NCBI GenBank assembly: GCA_002383285.1
Contig: DFXU01000002.1
Coordinates: 3-64,002 of the forward strand
Length of the DNA: 64,000 nucleotides
Source of the DNA: Bacillales bacterium UBA4100
GTDB taxonomy: Bacteria > Bacillota > Bacilli > Paenibacillales > UBA4045
Reading direction: 5' to 3'
Shown here in pieces: positions 18,917-29,293 of this stretch. The notes under the pieces are model-generated. The model did no database searches, was not told the origin of the DNA, and worked only from the letters and a program-made list of their open reading frames with translations. The position numbers were made by a program, and so were the translations under genes. The first letter of the stretch is position 1; every line of letters begins with the position of its first letter.

Positions 18917-19957
18917 TTGGCTGAAAAAACAACGATTCAACAAGCAATTGCAAGTGTTGTAGATGGAGAAAACCTTACCCGAGCTGAAGCGTTTGCTGTC
19001 ATGAATGATATCATGGAGGGCTTAGGAACTCCTGCTCAAATCGGTAGTCTGGTTACTGCGTTACGTATGAAGGGTGAGTCTATACAGGAAATTGCCGGAT
19101 TTGCTGAAAGCATGCGGAGTAAATCACATCGTGTAGAGACGGAAAGACAGAATCTTCTAGATACATGTGGTACTGGTGGTGATGGAGCGAACACCTTTAA
19201 TATCTCGACGGCTTCCGCGATAGTCGCCGCTGCTGGTGGGATCCGCACTGCCAAGCAGGGGAATAGAGCGATGTCTAGTAAGAGCGGCAGTGCCGATGTC
19301 CTGGAAGCGTTGGGTGTGATCATTACATTGAATAGTGTAGAAGCATCACGCTGCCTTTCTCATGTTGGAATATGTTTTATGTTCGCTCAGGTTTATCACC
19401 AATCCATGAAGTATGCAGCTGGTCCTCGTAGAGAAATAGGGATTCGCAACATATTTAACATGCTTGGCCCACTAACAAATCCAGCAGGTGCAGATCGTCA
19501 ACTGTTAGGTGTATTCGAACGAAGTAAAACGGAGATAATCGCTAATGTCCTTCATGAATTAAAGCTCAAGCGGGGATTAGTTGTATCCAGCTATGATGGA
19601 TTAGACGAGATCAGTATCTCAGCAGCTACACAAATTTCCGAATTGAAGAATGGTGAGATTCGCACCTATGATGTTACAGCGGATATGTTAGGTCTTAGAA
19701 CTTGCCAGCTTAATGATATTGTTGGTGGTGATGCCAAGGATAATGCTAATATTATATTAAATGTGCTGCAAGGATATAAGGGTGCGCATAGAGATGTCGT
19801 ATTGGCTAACGCAGGAGCCTGCTTCTATGTCGCTGATCAATGCTCATCGCTTGCTGAAGGGGTTAAGCTTGCGGCGGCAGTTATTGATTCAGGTAAAGCA
19901 CAAGCTAAATTAAGCGAGCTTATTCGCTTCACAGGAGAATTCACTCATGTATCTTGA
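18917..19957 (+). CDS. trpD: Anthranilate phosphoribosyltransferase
   Basis: 346 aa with CGTGGDGANTFNISTA motif. TTG start. Confidence 0.95.
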   Translation: MAEKTTIQQAIASVVDGENLTRAEAFAVMNDIMEGLGTPAQIGSLVTALRMKGESIQEIAGFAESMRSKSHRVETERQNLLDTCGTGGDGANTFNISTASAIVAAAGGIRTAKQGNRAMSSKSGSADVLEALGVIITLNSVEASRCLSHVGICFMFAQVYHQSMKYAAGPRREIGIRNIFNMLGPLTNPAGADRQLLGVFERSKTEIIANVLHELKLKRGLVVSSYDGLDEISISAATQISELKNGEIRTYDVTADMLGLRTCQLNDIVGGDAKDNANIILNVLQGYKGAHRDVVLANAGACFYVADQCSSLAEGVKLAAAVIDSGKAQAKLSELIRFTGEFTHVS

Positions 19958-20750
19958 TCGAATCGTCGCTACAAAGCGAGAAGAGGTTAATCGGCTGAAG
20001 CAGCACACTACTGTTCAATCATTCGTATCGATCATCGATACGCTGTCCCCTACAAGAGGATTTGAGAAAGCACTTAGGAAAACTAAACGAACAACGATGG
20101 GCTTGATCGCAGAGGTGAAGAAGGCTTCACCTTCTAAAGGGCTGATCCGAGCAGACTTTGATCCAGTTCAGATTGCATTAGCATATGAACAAGCAGGTGC
20201 GGATTGCTTATCCGTTCTTACAGATGAACAGTACTTTCAAGGCTCGAATAGCTACTTGCAGCAAGTGAGGCAAGCTGTTTCCCTACCCTTATTACGTAAG
20301 GACTTTATAATTGATGAAATTCAAATCTATGAAGCACGATCGATTGGCGCTGATGCTATACTGCTCATCGCAGCTATATTGACTACTGAGCAGATGCGTC
20401 AATTCCTTCGTGAAGCCCGTGAATTACAATTGGACGTATTGGTTGAGGTTCATAATCAGTTTGAATTGGAACAGGTGCTGGAGTTAGATGCGACTTTAAT
20501 CGGAATTAACAATCGCAATTTAAAAACCTTCGTAACTGATCTTACAACCACAGAGCAATTAATTAGTATGATTCCTGAAGGTATAATAAGGGTAAGTGAA
20601 AGTGGAATCCATTTGCAAGAGGAGATCGATTATTTGTCCTTAGCAGGTGCAGATGCCGTATTAATCGGTGAGCACTTCATGAGACAGCCGGATATTGGTG
20701 TAGCCGTAAATAATCTATTAGGCAAGATCGTTATAGAAGGAGCGAAGTAG
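19947..20750 (+). CDS. trpC: Indole-3-glycerol phosphate synthase
   Basis: 267 aa with IAEVKKASPSKG and LRKDFIID motifs. Confidence 0.95.
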   Translation: MYLDRIVATKREEVNRLKQHTTVQSFVSIIDTLSPTRGFEKALRKTKRTTMGLIAEVKKASPSKGLIRADFDPVQIALAYEQAGADCLSVLTDEQYFQGSNSYLQQVRQAVSLPLLRKDFIIDEIQIYEARSIGADAILLIAAILTTEQMRQFLREARELQLDVLVEVHNQFELEQVLELDATLIGINNRNLKTFVTDLTTTEQLISMIPEGIIRVSESGIHLQEEIDYLSLAGADAVLIGEHFMRQPDIGVAVNNLLGKIVIEGAK

Positions 20751-20752
20751 AG

Positions 20753-21430
20753 ATGAATACTTCTAAACCTACGATAAAAATTTGCGGTATTCGAACCATT
20801 CCAATGGTTGTATCTTTGGGCACATTGGCGATAGATGATATCGGATTTGTATTTGCGTCTGGTAAACGAACAGTTACCCCCGAATTTGCAGGAACCATGA
20901 TTAAGGCTCTGCGATTAACCGGTAGCTTTGCAAGAGCTGTTGGTGTATTCGTCAATCCCTCAATGGATATATTAGCTGAGACTCTAAAAGCAGCACCATT
21001 GGATGTTATTCAGCTTCATGGTCAAGAATCACCTGAATTTTGTAAGGAGGTTAAACAACGGTTTAATGGTATCACAATATGCAAAGTATATGGTATGAAG
21101 AATGAAGAGAATCAGCTGAATATTGCAAGCCAATTAAATCCTTACCAGGGATATTGCGATTCGATATTACTAGATACCCATGACCCGCATATCGGCGGGG
21201 GAACCGGAGAAGCCTTTGCATGGAATCGGATACCCGCTTATCAAGATTGGGCTAAAGAAGTAGGAATACCGCTAATTGTTGCAGGAGGTCTTAATCCTGA
21301 TAATGTTGGTGAGTTAATAAAAAGCTATAAACCTGACGGCGTTGATGTATCAAGTGGTGTAGAGAGAGATGGAACAAAAGATATTCTACTAATTAAAGCA
21401 TTTATCGAAAGGGTGAGACAGAATGATTAG
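20753..21430 (+). CDS. trpF: Phosphoribosylanthranilate isomerase
   Basis: 225 aa with IKICGI N-terminus and VIQLHG. Operon position supports the call. Confidence 0.92.
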   Translation: MNTSKPTIKICGIRTIPMVVSLGTLAIDDIGFVFASGKRTVTPEFAGTMIKALRLTGSFARAVGVFVNPSMDILAETLKAAPLDVIQLHGQESPEFCKEVKQRFNGITICKVYGMKNEENQLNIASQLNPYQGYCDSILLDTHDPHIGGGTGEAFAWNRIPAYQDWAKEVGIPLIVAGGLNPDNVGELIKSYKPDGVDVSSGVERDGTKDILLIKAFIERVRQND

Positions 21431-22631
21431 TAATGTACCTGACCAGCATGGTCGATTCGGCAAATTCGGAGGTCGATTCGTTCCTGAGACGCTGATGAAT
21501 GCTTTGCTCGAGCTTGAGGAAGCGTATAAGCATTATTCTAAGGATCCAACGTTTATTGAGGAGATTCAGTATTTGCAGCAGCAATATTCTGGACGACCAA
21601 CACCACTATATTATGCAGATCGGCTAACTCAATTACTAGGTGGAGCCAAAATTTATCTGAAACGGGAAGATTTAAACCATACAGGCGCACACAAAATCAA
21701 TAACGCGATTGGACAGGCTGTTCTGGCCAAACGTATGGGCAAGACAAAGATCATTGCTGAGACTGGCGCTGGGCAGCATGGTGTAGCCTCAGCTACCGTT
21801 GCTGCACTACTAGGTATGGAATGTAAGGTGTTCATGGGGGAGGAGGATACGAAACGGCAGAAGCTGAATGTGTTCCGTATGAACCTTCTCGGCACAGAGG
21901 TCATTCCCGTATTGTCAGGTACTCGAACGTTGAAGGATGCTTGTAATGAAACACTTCGATATTGGGTAAGTAATGTTCAGGACACCTATTATATTCTCGG
22001 TTCAGCTACAGGTCCTCATCCATACCCCATGATGGTTCGTGACTTCCAGCGTGTAATTGGTGATGAAACAAAGCTTCAGATCATGGAGAGTGAAGGTAGA
22101 TTACCAGATGCATTAGTTGCATGCGTAGGGGGCGGCAGCAATGCTGCTGGGATGTTCTATCCATTCGTGGATGATCAAGCTGTCCGACTAATTGGAGCGG
22201 AGGCCGCAGGTAGAGGAATTCATACGAATGAGCATGCTGCTACAATGACAATGGGAACACCGGGTGTATTCCAGGGTTCAATGAGCTATCTGCTGCAGGA
22301 TGAATTCGGCCAGGTATTACCAGCTCATTCAATCTCAGCTGGATTGGATTATCCTGGTATTGGACCGGAGCATTCATACTTGAAAGAAATCAAGCGAGCT
22401 GAATATTATCCGATTACCGATCAAGAGGCACTAGATGCTTTACAGCTGTTATGTCGTACGGAAGGCATTATTCCTGCATTGGAAAGCGCGCATGCCATTG
22501 CACAGACGATGAAGCTGGCTCCTACGTTGGGTAAAGAGCAGATCATTGTCATCAGCCTGTCAGGTCGTGGGGATAAAGACGTTGAATCCATCCAAGCTTA
22601 TCTGGGAGGTGAGCATAATGAATCGCATTGA
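21423..22631 (+). CDS. trpB: Tryptophan synthase beta chain
   Basis: 402 aa with the [14 protein letters not shown]-lysine motif. Confidence 0.97.
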   Translation: MISNVPDQHGRFGKFGGRFVPETLMNALLELEEAYKHYSKDPTFIEEIQYLQQQYSGRPTPLYYADRLTQLLGGAKIYLKREDLNHTGAHKINNAIGQAVLAKRMGKTKIIAETGAGQHGVASATVAALLGMECKVFMGEEDTKRQKLNVFRMNLLGTEVIPVLSGTRTLKDACNETLRYWVSNVQDTYYILGSATGPHPYPMMVRDFQRVIGDETKLQIMESEGRLPDALVACVGGGSNAAGMFYPFVDDQAVRLIGAEAAGRGIHTNEHAATMTMGTPGVFQGSMSYLLQDEFGQVLPAHSISAGLDYPGIGPEHSYLKEIKRAEYYPITDQEALDALQLLCRTEGIIPALESAHAIAQTMKLAPTLGKEQIIVISLSGRGDKDVESIQAYLGGEHNESH

Positions 22632-23427
22632 TGAAGTATTCATTAAGCTTCGCGAACAGAAACGAGCTGCTCTCATTCCGTTTCTGACCCTAGGCGACCC
22701 AGATATAGATATGTCAATTGAGATTATCCAACAGCTAGAGCTAGCGGGAGCGGATATGATTGAATTGGGTGTGCCCTATTCCGATCCGCTTGCTGATGGT
22801 CCCGTCATTCAGCGCGCATCGCAGCGGGCACTAGAGCATGGAATAAGCATATTGGATTGTATCGGCTCCGCGGCTAAAGCTAGGGAGTTAGGTGTGAAGC
22901 TTCCTTTTATCCTTTTTACGTACTACAACCCGATATTACAGCTTGGTTTAGAGCGGTTTTTCCAGCTGCTCGCTGAGAACGATATCAGTGGTATGATCAT
23001 TCCAGATCTTCCTTATGAAGAGGATCATGAAGTGAGGAAGCTGTCTGAACAGTATCATATTCACTTGATACCGCTTGTTGCTCCAACATCGAATGAACGC
23101 ATACGTCAAATTTCAGCGAAGGCAGCTGGTTTTGTGTATTGTGTTTCATCATTAGGGGTAACGGGTGTTCGCACCCAATTCTATGAAGGAATCGATCAAT
23201 TTCTACAAACCGTTCGTGATTCCACGAAACTACCTATAGCTGTTGGCTTTGGTGTATCAACGAATGAGCATTATCGTTCATTCGCTGAGAAGAGTGATGG
23301 AGTGATCGTAGGAAGTGCAATTGTAAGGACGATAGAAGAAGTTCTGCCATTACTTAGAAACCCCGCTACTAAGTCAGAGGGTTTGCAATTTATTCATAAC
23401 TTTGTACGACAATTAAAGGGTGGCTGA
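22618..23427 (+). CDS. trpA: Tryptophan synthase alpha chain
   Basis: ATG 22618 after GGGAGGTGAG, overlapping the trpB end by 14 nt. The track start 22546 lies inside trp[16 protein letters not shown] motif. Confidence 0.95.
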   Translation: MNRIDEVFIKLREQKRAALIPFLTLGDPDIDMSIEIIQQLELAGADMIELGVPYSDPLADGPVIQRASQRALEHGISILDCIGSAAKARELGVKLPFILFTYYNPILQLGLERFFQLLAENDISGMIIPDLPYEEDHEVRKLSEQYHIHLIPLVAPTSNERIRQISAKAAGFVYCVSSLGVTGVRTQFYEGIDQFLQTVRDSTKLPIAVGFGVSTNEHYRSFAEKSDGVIVGSAIVRTIEEVLPLLRNPATKSEGLQFIHNFVRQLKGG

Positions 23428-23501
23428 AGTGGTAGCGTAGATGAATAAACTGGATTGCTTGACCTTAATAAGGTAATATTAATTTTTGAGGAGGGGTTAT
23501 C

Positions 23502-24608
23502 TTGATTAAACCTAAAGCGAATATCATCAATCTAAAGGCATATCAACCAGGTAAACCAATTGAAGAAGTTAAACGGGAGCTAGGTCTTACTGAGATTACC
23601 AAGTTAGCTTCCAATGAGAATCCTTTTGGTTTTTCAGAGAAAGCAAAGCAGGCCATGATTGATGATTTAGCCAATTGCAGTTTATACCCAGATGGAGCAA
23701 GTCAAGAATTGACCGTTGTAGTCGCTGAACAGTTAGGAGTCGCTGCTAACCAGATCATATTCGGTGCTGGATCGGATGAAGTGATCCTGATGATCGCTCG
23801 TGCGTATTTAAGTAGTGGTGATGAAACCGTTATGGCCTCACACACCTTTCCACAATATAAGCATAATGCAGAAATTGAGGGAGCACATAGCATAGAAGTA
23901 CCACTAGTTGATGGTGCGCATAATTTGATGGGTATGCTAGCCGCAATTACACCAAAGACGAAGATTGTATGGATTTGTAACCCGAACAATCCAACTGGGA
24001 CGATGGTTACTCATCTTCAGGTGCAAGCCTTCCTTGAACAGGTTGGTCCCGATGTATTAGTCGTGCTAGATGAAGCTTATTGCGAATATAACACCTCACC
24101 AGAATATCCAGATGGATTACAGCTGCTACAAGCTCACCCGAACTTAATCCTGCTACGTACATTCTCCAAGATATACGGTCTAGCGGCCCTTCGTATTGGT
24201 TATGGCATTGGGCATCCAGAAGTCATCCGTATGATCAATCAAGTACGTGAGCCGTTCAATACAACTCGATTGGCTCAAGTTGCTGCGAAAGCAGCTATTC
24301 AAGATCAAGAATTTGTTAGTAATTGTAGAGAGAAGAATTCAATGGGCCTTAAATACTTGAATGATCAGTTCATTAGACTTGGGCTAAGGGCATTCCCAGC
24401 ACACGGGAATTTCATTATGGTGGATACGAATAAACCCGCAGATCGAGTATTCCAGGGGTTGCTTGAGCTAGGTTTCATCGTTCGTGGAGGACACCAGCTT
24501 GATTTCCCTACATCTATTAGGGTTACTGTTGGTAGCACAGAGCAGAATGCTAATTTTATTAAAGCGTTAGAACAGGTACTGCAAAATATTACAGTAGATG
24601 TGAGCTGA
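23502..24608 (+). CDS. hisC: Histidinol-phosphate aminotransferase
   Basis: 368 aa class-II aminotransferase (SNENPFG, TFSKIYGLAALRIGY). TTG start after GAGGAGGGG. Confidence 0.93.
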   Translation: MIKPKANIINLKAYQPGKPIEEVKRELGLTEITKLASNENPFGFSEKAKQAMIDDLANCSLYPDGASQELTVVVAEQLGVAANQIIFGAGSDEVILMIARAYLSSGDETVMASHTFPQYKHNAEIEGAHSIEVPLVDGAHNLMGMLAAITPKTKIVWICNPNNPTGTMVTHLQVQAFLEQVGPDVLVVLDEAYCEYNTSPEYPDGLQLLQAHPNLILLRTFSKIYGLAALRIGYGIGHPEVIRMINQVREPFNTTRLAQVAAKAAIQDQEFVSNCREKNSMGLKYLNDQFIRLGLRAFPAHGNFIMVDTNKPADRVFQGLLELGFIVRGGHQLDFPTSIRVTVGSTEQNANFIKALEQVLQNITVDVS

Positions 24609-24647
24609 GGACGGTTTCAGTACAACTTCGATGGAAAGAGTGAGACG

Positions 24648-25742
24648 ATGAAGAAAATCGCCATCTTTGGAGTTGGATTGATAGGTGGATCATTGGCATT
24701 ATGCTTCAAGGGGAAACCTGGTTTGCATGTGATCGGTTATTCGAACAATCCCAATTCTATACCCAAATATCTCAAGTATGGTGTAGTTGATGAAGCTACG
24801 ACCTCCATAGAGGATGCCGCAATCGATGCTGACTTTATTTTCTTATGTGTTCCTGTGGGAATGCTGGAGTTCTATCTCCAGCGTCTACATGACATGAAAC
24901 TAAAGGCAGGATGCATTATTACAGATGTTGGAAGCACTAAAAATTCAATTGTTCAATTTAGTGAGACATTACAGCAAAAGGGTGTATATTTTATCGGTGG
25001 ACATCCAATGGCAGGTAAGGAAAAGTCGGGTGTTGAAGCAGCGACATTACATTTGTTCGAGAATGCATTCTATGTGCTTACGCCAAGTAAACATGTACCC
25101 GATGACGCGTACGATAAGTTAGTTGAATTGTTGAATATGACGAAGGCCCAGATTGTTCGAATTGATCCCCATAAGCATGATGAGATCGTAGGGGCAATTA
25201 GTCATTTGCCTCATATCATTGCTGTTGCACTCGTTAATCAAATTTCTAGGTACAATAATTCTAACGATCTCTACCAGCTGCTTGCTGCAGGTGGCTTTCG
25301 AGATATAACCAGAATTGCGTCGAGTGAACCAGTGATCTGGAGAGATATTCTACTTCATAATAAGACAATCATACTTGAATTACTTAAGGATTGGAATTCG
25401 GAGATTGCGAATTTCATACAATTATTAAATGATGATAATGGGGATGGAATCGAGCAAGAATTCATTCGTGCAGGAGCATTCCGTAGCATGCTGCCGGAGC
25501 GTAGAAAGGGAATCATTGAATCACAATATGAAATTTATGTTGATGTACCTGATGAACCAGGTATTATCGGAAGAATCACAACTAAGCTTGGGGATCATAG
25601 GGTGAATCTAAGTAACATCCAAGTTATCGAGAATAGGATGGATGACCCAGGGGTGCTGAGACTATCCTTTCGTGAAGAAGTGGATATGGAGAAAGCTGTC
25701 GAACTACTGAAAGAGATGGATTGTTTGATTCAATTCATATGA
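24648..25742 (+). CDS. tyrA: Prephenate dehydrogenase with C-terminal ACT domain
   Basis: 364 aa. IFGVGLIGGSLA NAD fold and GGHPMAG catalytic motif. Confidence 0.93.
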   Translation: MKKIAIFGVGLIGGSLALCFKGKPGLHVIGYSNNPNSIPKYLKYGVVDEATTSIEDAAIDADFIFLCVPVGMLEFYLQRLHDMKLKAGCIITDVGSTKNSIVQFSETLQQKGVYFIGGHPMAGKEKSGVEAATLHLFENAFYVLTPSKHVPDDAYDKLVELLNMTKAQIVRIDPHKHDEIVGAISHLPHIIAVALVNQISRYNNSNDLYQLLAAGGFRDITRIASSEPVIWRDILLHNKTIILELLKDWNSEIANFIQLLNDDNGDGIEQEFIRAGAFRSMLPERRKGIIESQYEIYVDVPDEPGIIGRITTKLGDHRVNLSNIQVIENRMDDPGVLRLSFREEVDMEKAVELLKEMDCLIQFI

Positions 25743-25800
25743 AAGAGGTATTGAACGATTAGCATTTTTTAAGAAATGATAAAACGGTTACATTTTTTTA

Positions 25801-25829
25801 TTGACATAATGTAAACGGATACATATAAT
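25801..25829 (+). promoter_or_regulatory. Perfect consensus sigma-A promoter TTGACA-17-TATAAT with no ORF behind it
   Basis: TTGACA at 25801-25806 and TATAAT at 25824-25829. Confidence 0.6.
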
Positions 25830-25835
25830 AAAAGT

Positions 25836-25909
25836 ACAGTATGGTTTCTCTCCACTCCTATCCGAAATATATGGCACTCTGTGCAGCCACCGAAAGGTGG
25901 ATTTTTTTT
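25836..25909 (+). ncRNA. Candidate ~70-nt small RNA (promoter-to-terminator unit)
   Basis: Bounded by the consensus promoter and the hairpin CCACC-GAAA-GGTGG plus T8 (25887-25909). No SD-preceded ORF. Identity unknown. Confidence 0.35.
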
Positions 25910-26156
25910 GTCTACACAGGCATTTTACTTTATATGGTAACGTACAATGAAATGATGTAAAATAGTAATCATGAGGAAATGGTTTTTGTCGAAAAAGCAG
26001 GAATTGGCCTAGTGGATACAGAATTAAAGCTATTACTGTAAGTATTAATTATATTATTAACTATCTCATAGTATAGAACGCAACTTTTTGCTCCCAGTAT
26101 GGTAATAAGAAGTATATGCTGGGTAGCCCTTGGAATCGCGAGGAGGGCCGCTTGAA

Positions 26157-26750
26157 ATGACCGATTCCCAGCTTATTAGAGAAATTAAAGATGGCAATGT
26201 CCAGCTTTATGCTGATTTGATGGCGCGTTATGAACGCAAAATCCTCAGCTTTATTTATCATATGCTCAAAAGCGCTCATCTCGAAATGATTGCAGAGGAT
26301 TTATGTGCTGAGACATTTTACAAAGCATATCGAAGTCTGCAAACTTTTCGCGAAGTGGAGGCTTCCTTCTCGACGTGGCTGTATACGATAGCAAGGAATA
26401 CTGTGCTGAGTGAAATGCGCAAGCATAAGAATAACATGGTTTCCTTAGAAGATAGTGGCTATGTGCCCCAGTCGGCGGCGGGAGATTCACCTGAACAAAT
26501 GATGTTGCGTAATGAGACAGTAGCTATGGTAAGAGATGCAATCAATAACTTACCTGAGAAACAACGCTCTGCTCTTATACTTAGGGAATATGATCAGTTA
26601 GATTATCAGGAAATTGCTAATATACTTGGTCAAACAGTTAGTTCTGTTAAATCATTATTGTTCCGCGCAAGAGCAAGTGTGAAGTCGCAATTAGAGCCCT
26701 ACTTAGCAGAGCCCATGTTTAGAGAGTATGAAGGGATGAATCAGCGATGA
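26157..26750 (+). CDS. ECF-type RNA polymerase sigma-70 family factor
   Basis: ATG 26157 after GAGGAGGG. Region 2 (FSTWLYTIARN) and region 4 (LREYDQLDYQEIANILG) signatures. Confidence 0.9.
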   Translation: MTDSQLIREIKDGNVQLYADLMARYERKILSFIYHMLKSAHLEMIAEDLCAETFYKAYRSLQTFREVEASFSTWLYTIARNTVLSEMRKHKNNMVSLEDSGYVPQSAAGDSPEQMMLRNETVAMVRDAINNLPEKQRSALILREYDQLDYQEIANILGQTVSSVKSLLFRARASVKSQLEPYLAEPMFREYEGMNQR

Positions 26751-27355
26751 TGAATTGCACTGAATGTAACGAAATACTATCCGAATATTGGGATTTACCT
26801 GACAATGACATTCGCAGAGTGTCAGTTAATCGACACCTCAGCACCTGTCAAGCTTGCCGTGAGGAATTCGAGATTTGGCAGACGAGCACTGATTGGATAC
26901 AGCTATCTAAAGAGTCGGAGCAGTCTGGAGTTGTGTATAAACCAATTTCCACTGATGTCATGAGTCGGATATATAAGGATGAAGCATGGCGATTACCGCT
27001 AACCTTCAAAAACTATACGTTCACTTATAAGGTAAGAAGAAATATAATGGCTACCTTTGCTTTATTCATGGCATTATTCATCGTAACCTTCGTCAACTCT
27101 CTAACTAGTGATTCAGAGGTTAGTACGGACTTTAATCAGATGACAGGTATTATTGATACCGCACATGCCGATAAATTGAATATAGATAGTAACCCAACTA
27201 TGTTCGACGGTATGCCAGTAGCGAGTATTAGTGCACCAACCATATTAAGAATGGGACCAATTCAGACCTATACCGATTATCTATTAGCACTAAGTATACT
27301 CGGATTTGTCTTTACTCTACTTATAATGAACTGGTTATCTCGACTACGTGCATAA
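26747..27355 (+). CDS. Anti-sigma factor, zinc-finger (ZAS, HxxxCxxC) with two TM segments
   Basis: Start overlaps the sigma factor stop (ATGATGA). HLSTCQAC motif. Hydrophobic segments at about residues 100-120 and 178-198. Confidence 0.8.
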   Translation: MMNCTECNEILSEYWDLPDNDIRRVSVNRHLSTCQACREEFEIWQTSTDWIQLSKESEQSGVVYKPISTDVMSRIYKDEAWRLPLTFKNYTFTYKVRRNIMATFALFMALFIVTFVNSLTSDSEVSTDFNQMTGIIDTAHADKLNIDSNPTMFDGMPVASISAPTILRMGPIQTYTDYLLALSILGFVFTLLIMNWLSRLRA

Positions 27356-27362
27356 AGACAAG

Positions 27363-27397
27363 CCTCTAGCCGCTTTAAGGGCTTGGAGGTTTTTTTT
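27363..27397 (+). terminator. Intrinsic terminator after the sigma/anti-sigma pair
   Basis: CCTCtAGCC/GGCTtgGAGG stem followed by T8. Confidence 0.7.
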
Positions 27398-27424
27398 CTT
27401 ATTATGAAGAAAGCGAGGATGCTC

Positions 27425-28012
27425 ATGACTGAATTTGCTATTGTACGTCACGGTGTAACGGAATGGAATATTGAAGGGAGAATGCAAGGGCATCGAGATA
27501 TTCCCCTGAACGATATGGGTATGCTGCAGGCTGCTCGTATTGCCAAGAGGCTACAATGTGAGCATTGGGATATCATTGTTTCAAGTGACCTGCAGCGTGC
27601 TGCTCAAACTGCAATGTGTATTGCGAATGCGAGTGGTATTGAATGCAAGCTTGTAGACTCTCGGTTAAGAGAACGAAATTTCGGAGCGCTGGAGGGTACT
27701 ACCATAGAAGAACGCGTGGCCAAATGGGGTGCGGACTGGAAGCTTCTCAATCATGGTGTAGAAGAGGATGAGTTATTGCTTGCTCGGGCGCTGCAGAGTA
27801 TGGAGGAGTTAGCTAGAGATTATAGTGGTCAGAAAATTGTTGTTGTCACACATGGTGGCTGGATACGTCAATTTTTCAAGGGTGTATTCCCACAAGAAGC
27901 ACTAGATCATCCCAATAATACTTCATTGAGCATTGTGAGTAGAGGAATAGAAGGCTGGGGGCATTCATTGTATAATTGTACAACACATCTAAGTTCAATG
28001 AAGCTAATATAG
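27425..28012 (+). CDS. Histidine phosphatase (phosphoglycerate mutase) family protein
   Basis: ATG 27425 lies 6 nt after GAGG; the track start sits inside the terminator T-run. RHG catalytic motif (FAIVRHGVTEWN). Confidence 0.85.
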   Translation: MTEFAIVRHGVTEWNIEGRMQGHRDIPLNDMGMLQAARIAKRLQCEHWDIIVSSDLQRAAQTAMCIANASGIECKLVDSRLRERNFGALEGTTIEERVAKWGADWKLLNHGVEEDELLLARALQSMEELARDYSGQKIVVVTHGGWIRQFFKGVFPQEALDHPNNTSLSIVSRGIEGWGHSLYNCTTHLSSMKLI

Positions 28013-28170
28013 GTGTCTCGCGCATAATATCCGTATAAATTCAAATAATGGTAATAGAGATTGTTTGGAAAAGAATCCTTTGCGAACAATCTTTGTCAGC
28101 GGATCGCTTACAGCCGGAAGTAATATGTAAGCCGACCCTTACCTACTCAAGCACGATCGGAGGAATTTTC

Positions 28171-29280
28171 TTGAATTTAGCGGATATGCTTTGTTATGCT
28201 GATATTCATCAGTTGAAAAAAATTGCCGAGCATTATGAATGTGTATGCAGTGGAAATTCAAAGAACGAGCTGATTCAAGCCATTCTGAATGCGATCAATC
28301 GGAACGAATCCTTCAATAAATATATTGGTGATATGACCATTGAGGATATTCGATTTCTGAATTCTATGCTGTTTGAGACCAAAGCAACATATAGCCTAGA
28401 GGACTTAACTGCTCGTGCCAGTCAAGCTCGCTTCACACCAGTAGTGGGGGGTGGAGATCTATCAAGAGCGATGATAAGTACCTTCAAACAGAGGGGCTGG
28501 ATATTCAATGGGTATTCTCATGAAACCAAATATGTATTTCAAATTCCCGATGATCTGAAGGAAAGAGCTTGTAATGCACTGGAAGGGCGCTTTCAGTCAC
28601 ATCTTGATCGTGTGGATGAGCCGCCTGCTTATCGTGATGAGCAGCATGTGATGGCTGACGATATTCTATATTTCTTGCGATATGTTGCTCAAGAGGATGT
28701 GCCGCTTACAACAGATGGAGTCATTTACAAAAAAGTGCTTAATCACATACTAGATGGAATGACGATCAAGGAGCAACCGATTTCACGTGGCGGATGGCGG
28801 TTTGGATACGGCCGTCGGTTTCGTGATTACCCTAGCCGCTTCTCATTTCTCTATGATTATTGTTATTACAATGAGCTAATCCGAGAACACGATGATCAAG
28901 CTCAACTTACCGAGACAGGTCAGAAGCTTGTCACTCAGAATCGCAAGGAAGAGCTAGGTCAGATGTTCCGATTATGGATAAGACTATATAAAGGACCTAT
29001 TCCAAACATATTGGCACTTACTCACTGGGTCCAGAGGCTTTCAACTCGATGGGTAACTGCAAGTTCATTGATTCAATGTCTAAGTCCTATGGTCAAACCA
29101 TTCTATTATGATACGGAAGAGACGATTATTGAACAGCGGATATTACAAATGATGATGCACTTGGGATTAATCCGCATTGGGGATAACGGTAACGGTAAGG
29201 TTGTTCAAGCTACACAATCATCGTTGTCAATTATACGCGGCGTCAAGGTAAGTGACGATGAGGTGATCACAAGCTTTTAG
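28171..29280 (+). CDS. Conserved hypothetical protein (369 aa), function unknown
   Basis: TTG 28171 lies 6 nt after GGAGGA. Long clean ORF with no motif I can assign. Confidence 0.6.
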   Translation: MNLADMLCYADIHQLKKIAEHYECVCSGNSKNELIQAILNAINRNESFNKYIGDMTIEDIRFLNSMLFETKATYSLEDLTARASQARFTPVVGGGDLSRAMISTFKQRGWIFNGYSHETKYVFQIPDDLKERACNALEGRFQSHLDRVDEPPAYRDEQHVMADDILYFLRYVAQEDVPLTTDGVIYKKVLNHILDGMTIKEQPISRGGWRFGYGRRFRDYPSRFSFLYDYCYYNELIREHDDQAQLTETGQKLVTQNRKEELGQMFRLWIRLYKGPIPNILALTHWVQRLSTRWVTASSLIQCLSPMVKPFYYDTEETIIEQRILQMMMHLGLIRIGDNGNGKVVQATQSSLSIIRGVKVSDDEVITSF

Positions 29281-29293
29281 GGGGAGTTCATCT

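Noticed and set aside
22546-22617. Upstream extensions of track ORFs: trpA 22546, birA 40664, MqnA-like 10739, gpsA 1235, mtnB 57129, FtsH-like 50123, phosphatase 27383, hypothetical 28048.
   Set aside because: Each extension overlaps the preceding gene or a terminator and lacks an SD. Internal starts have canonical SD spacing and give N-termini matching the protein families.
25851-25970. 39-codon ORF (MVSLHSYPKYMALCAATERWIFF...) inside the candidate sRNA region.
   Set aside because: No Shine-Dalgarno precedes the ATG, and the frame runs straight through the terminator hairpin and U-tract. It is unlikely to be translated.
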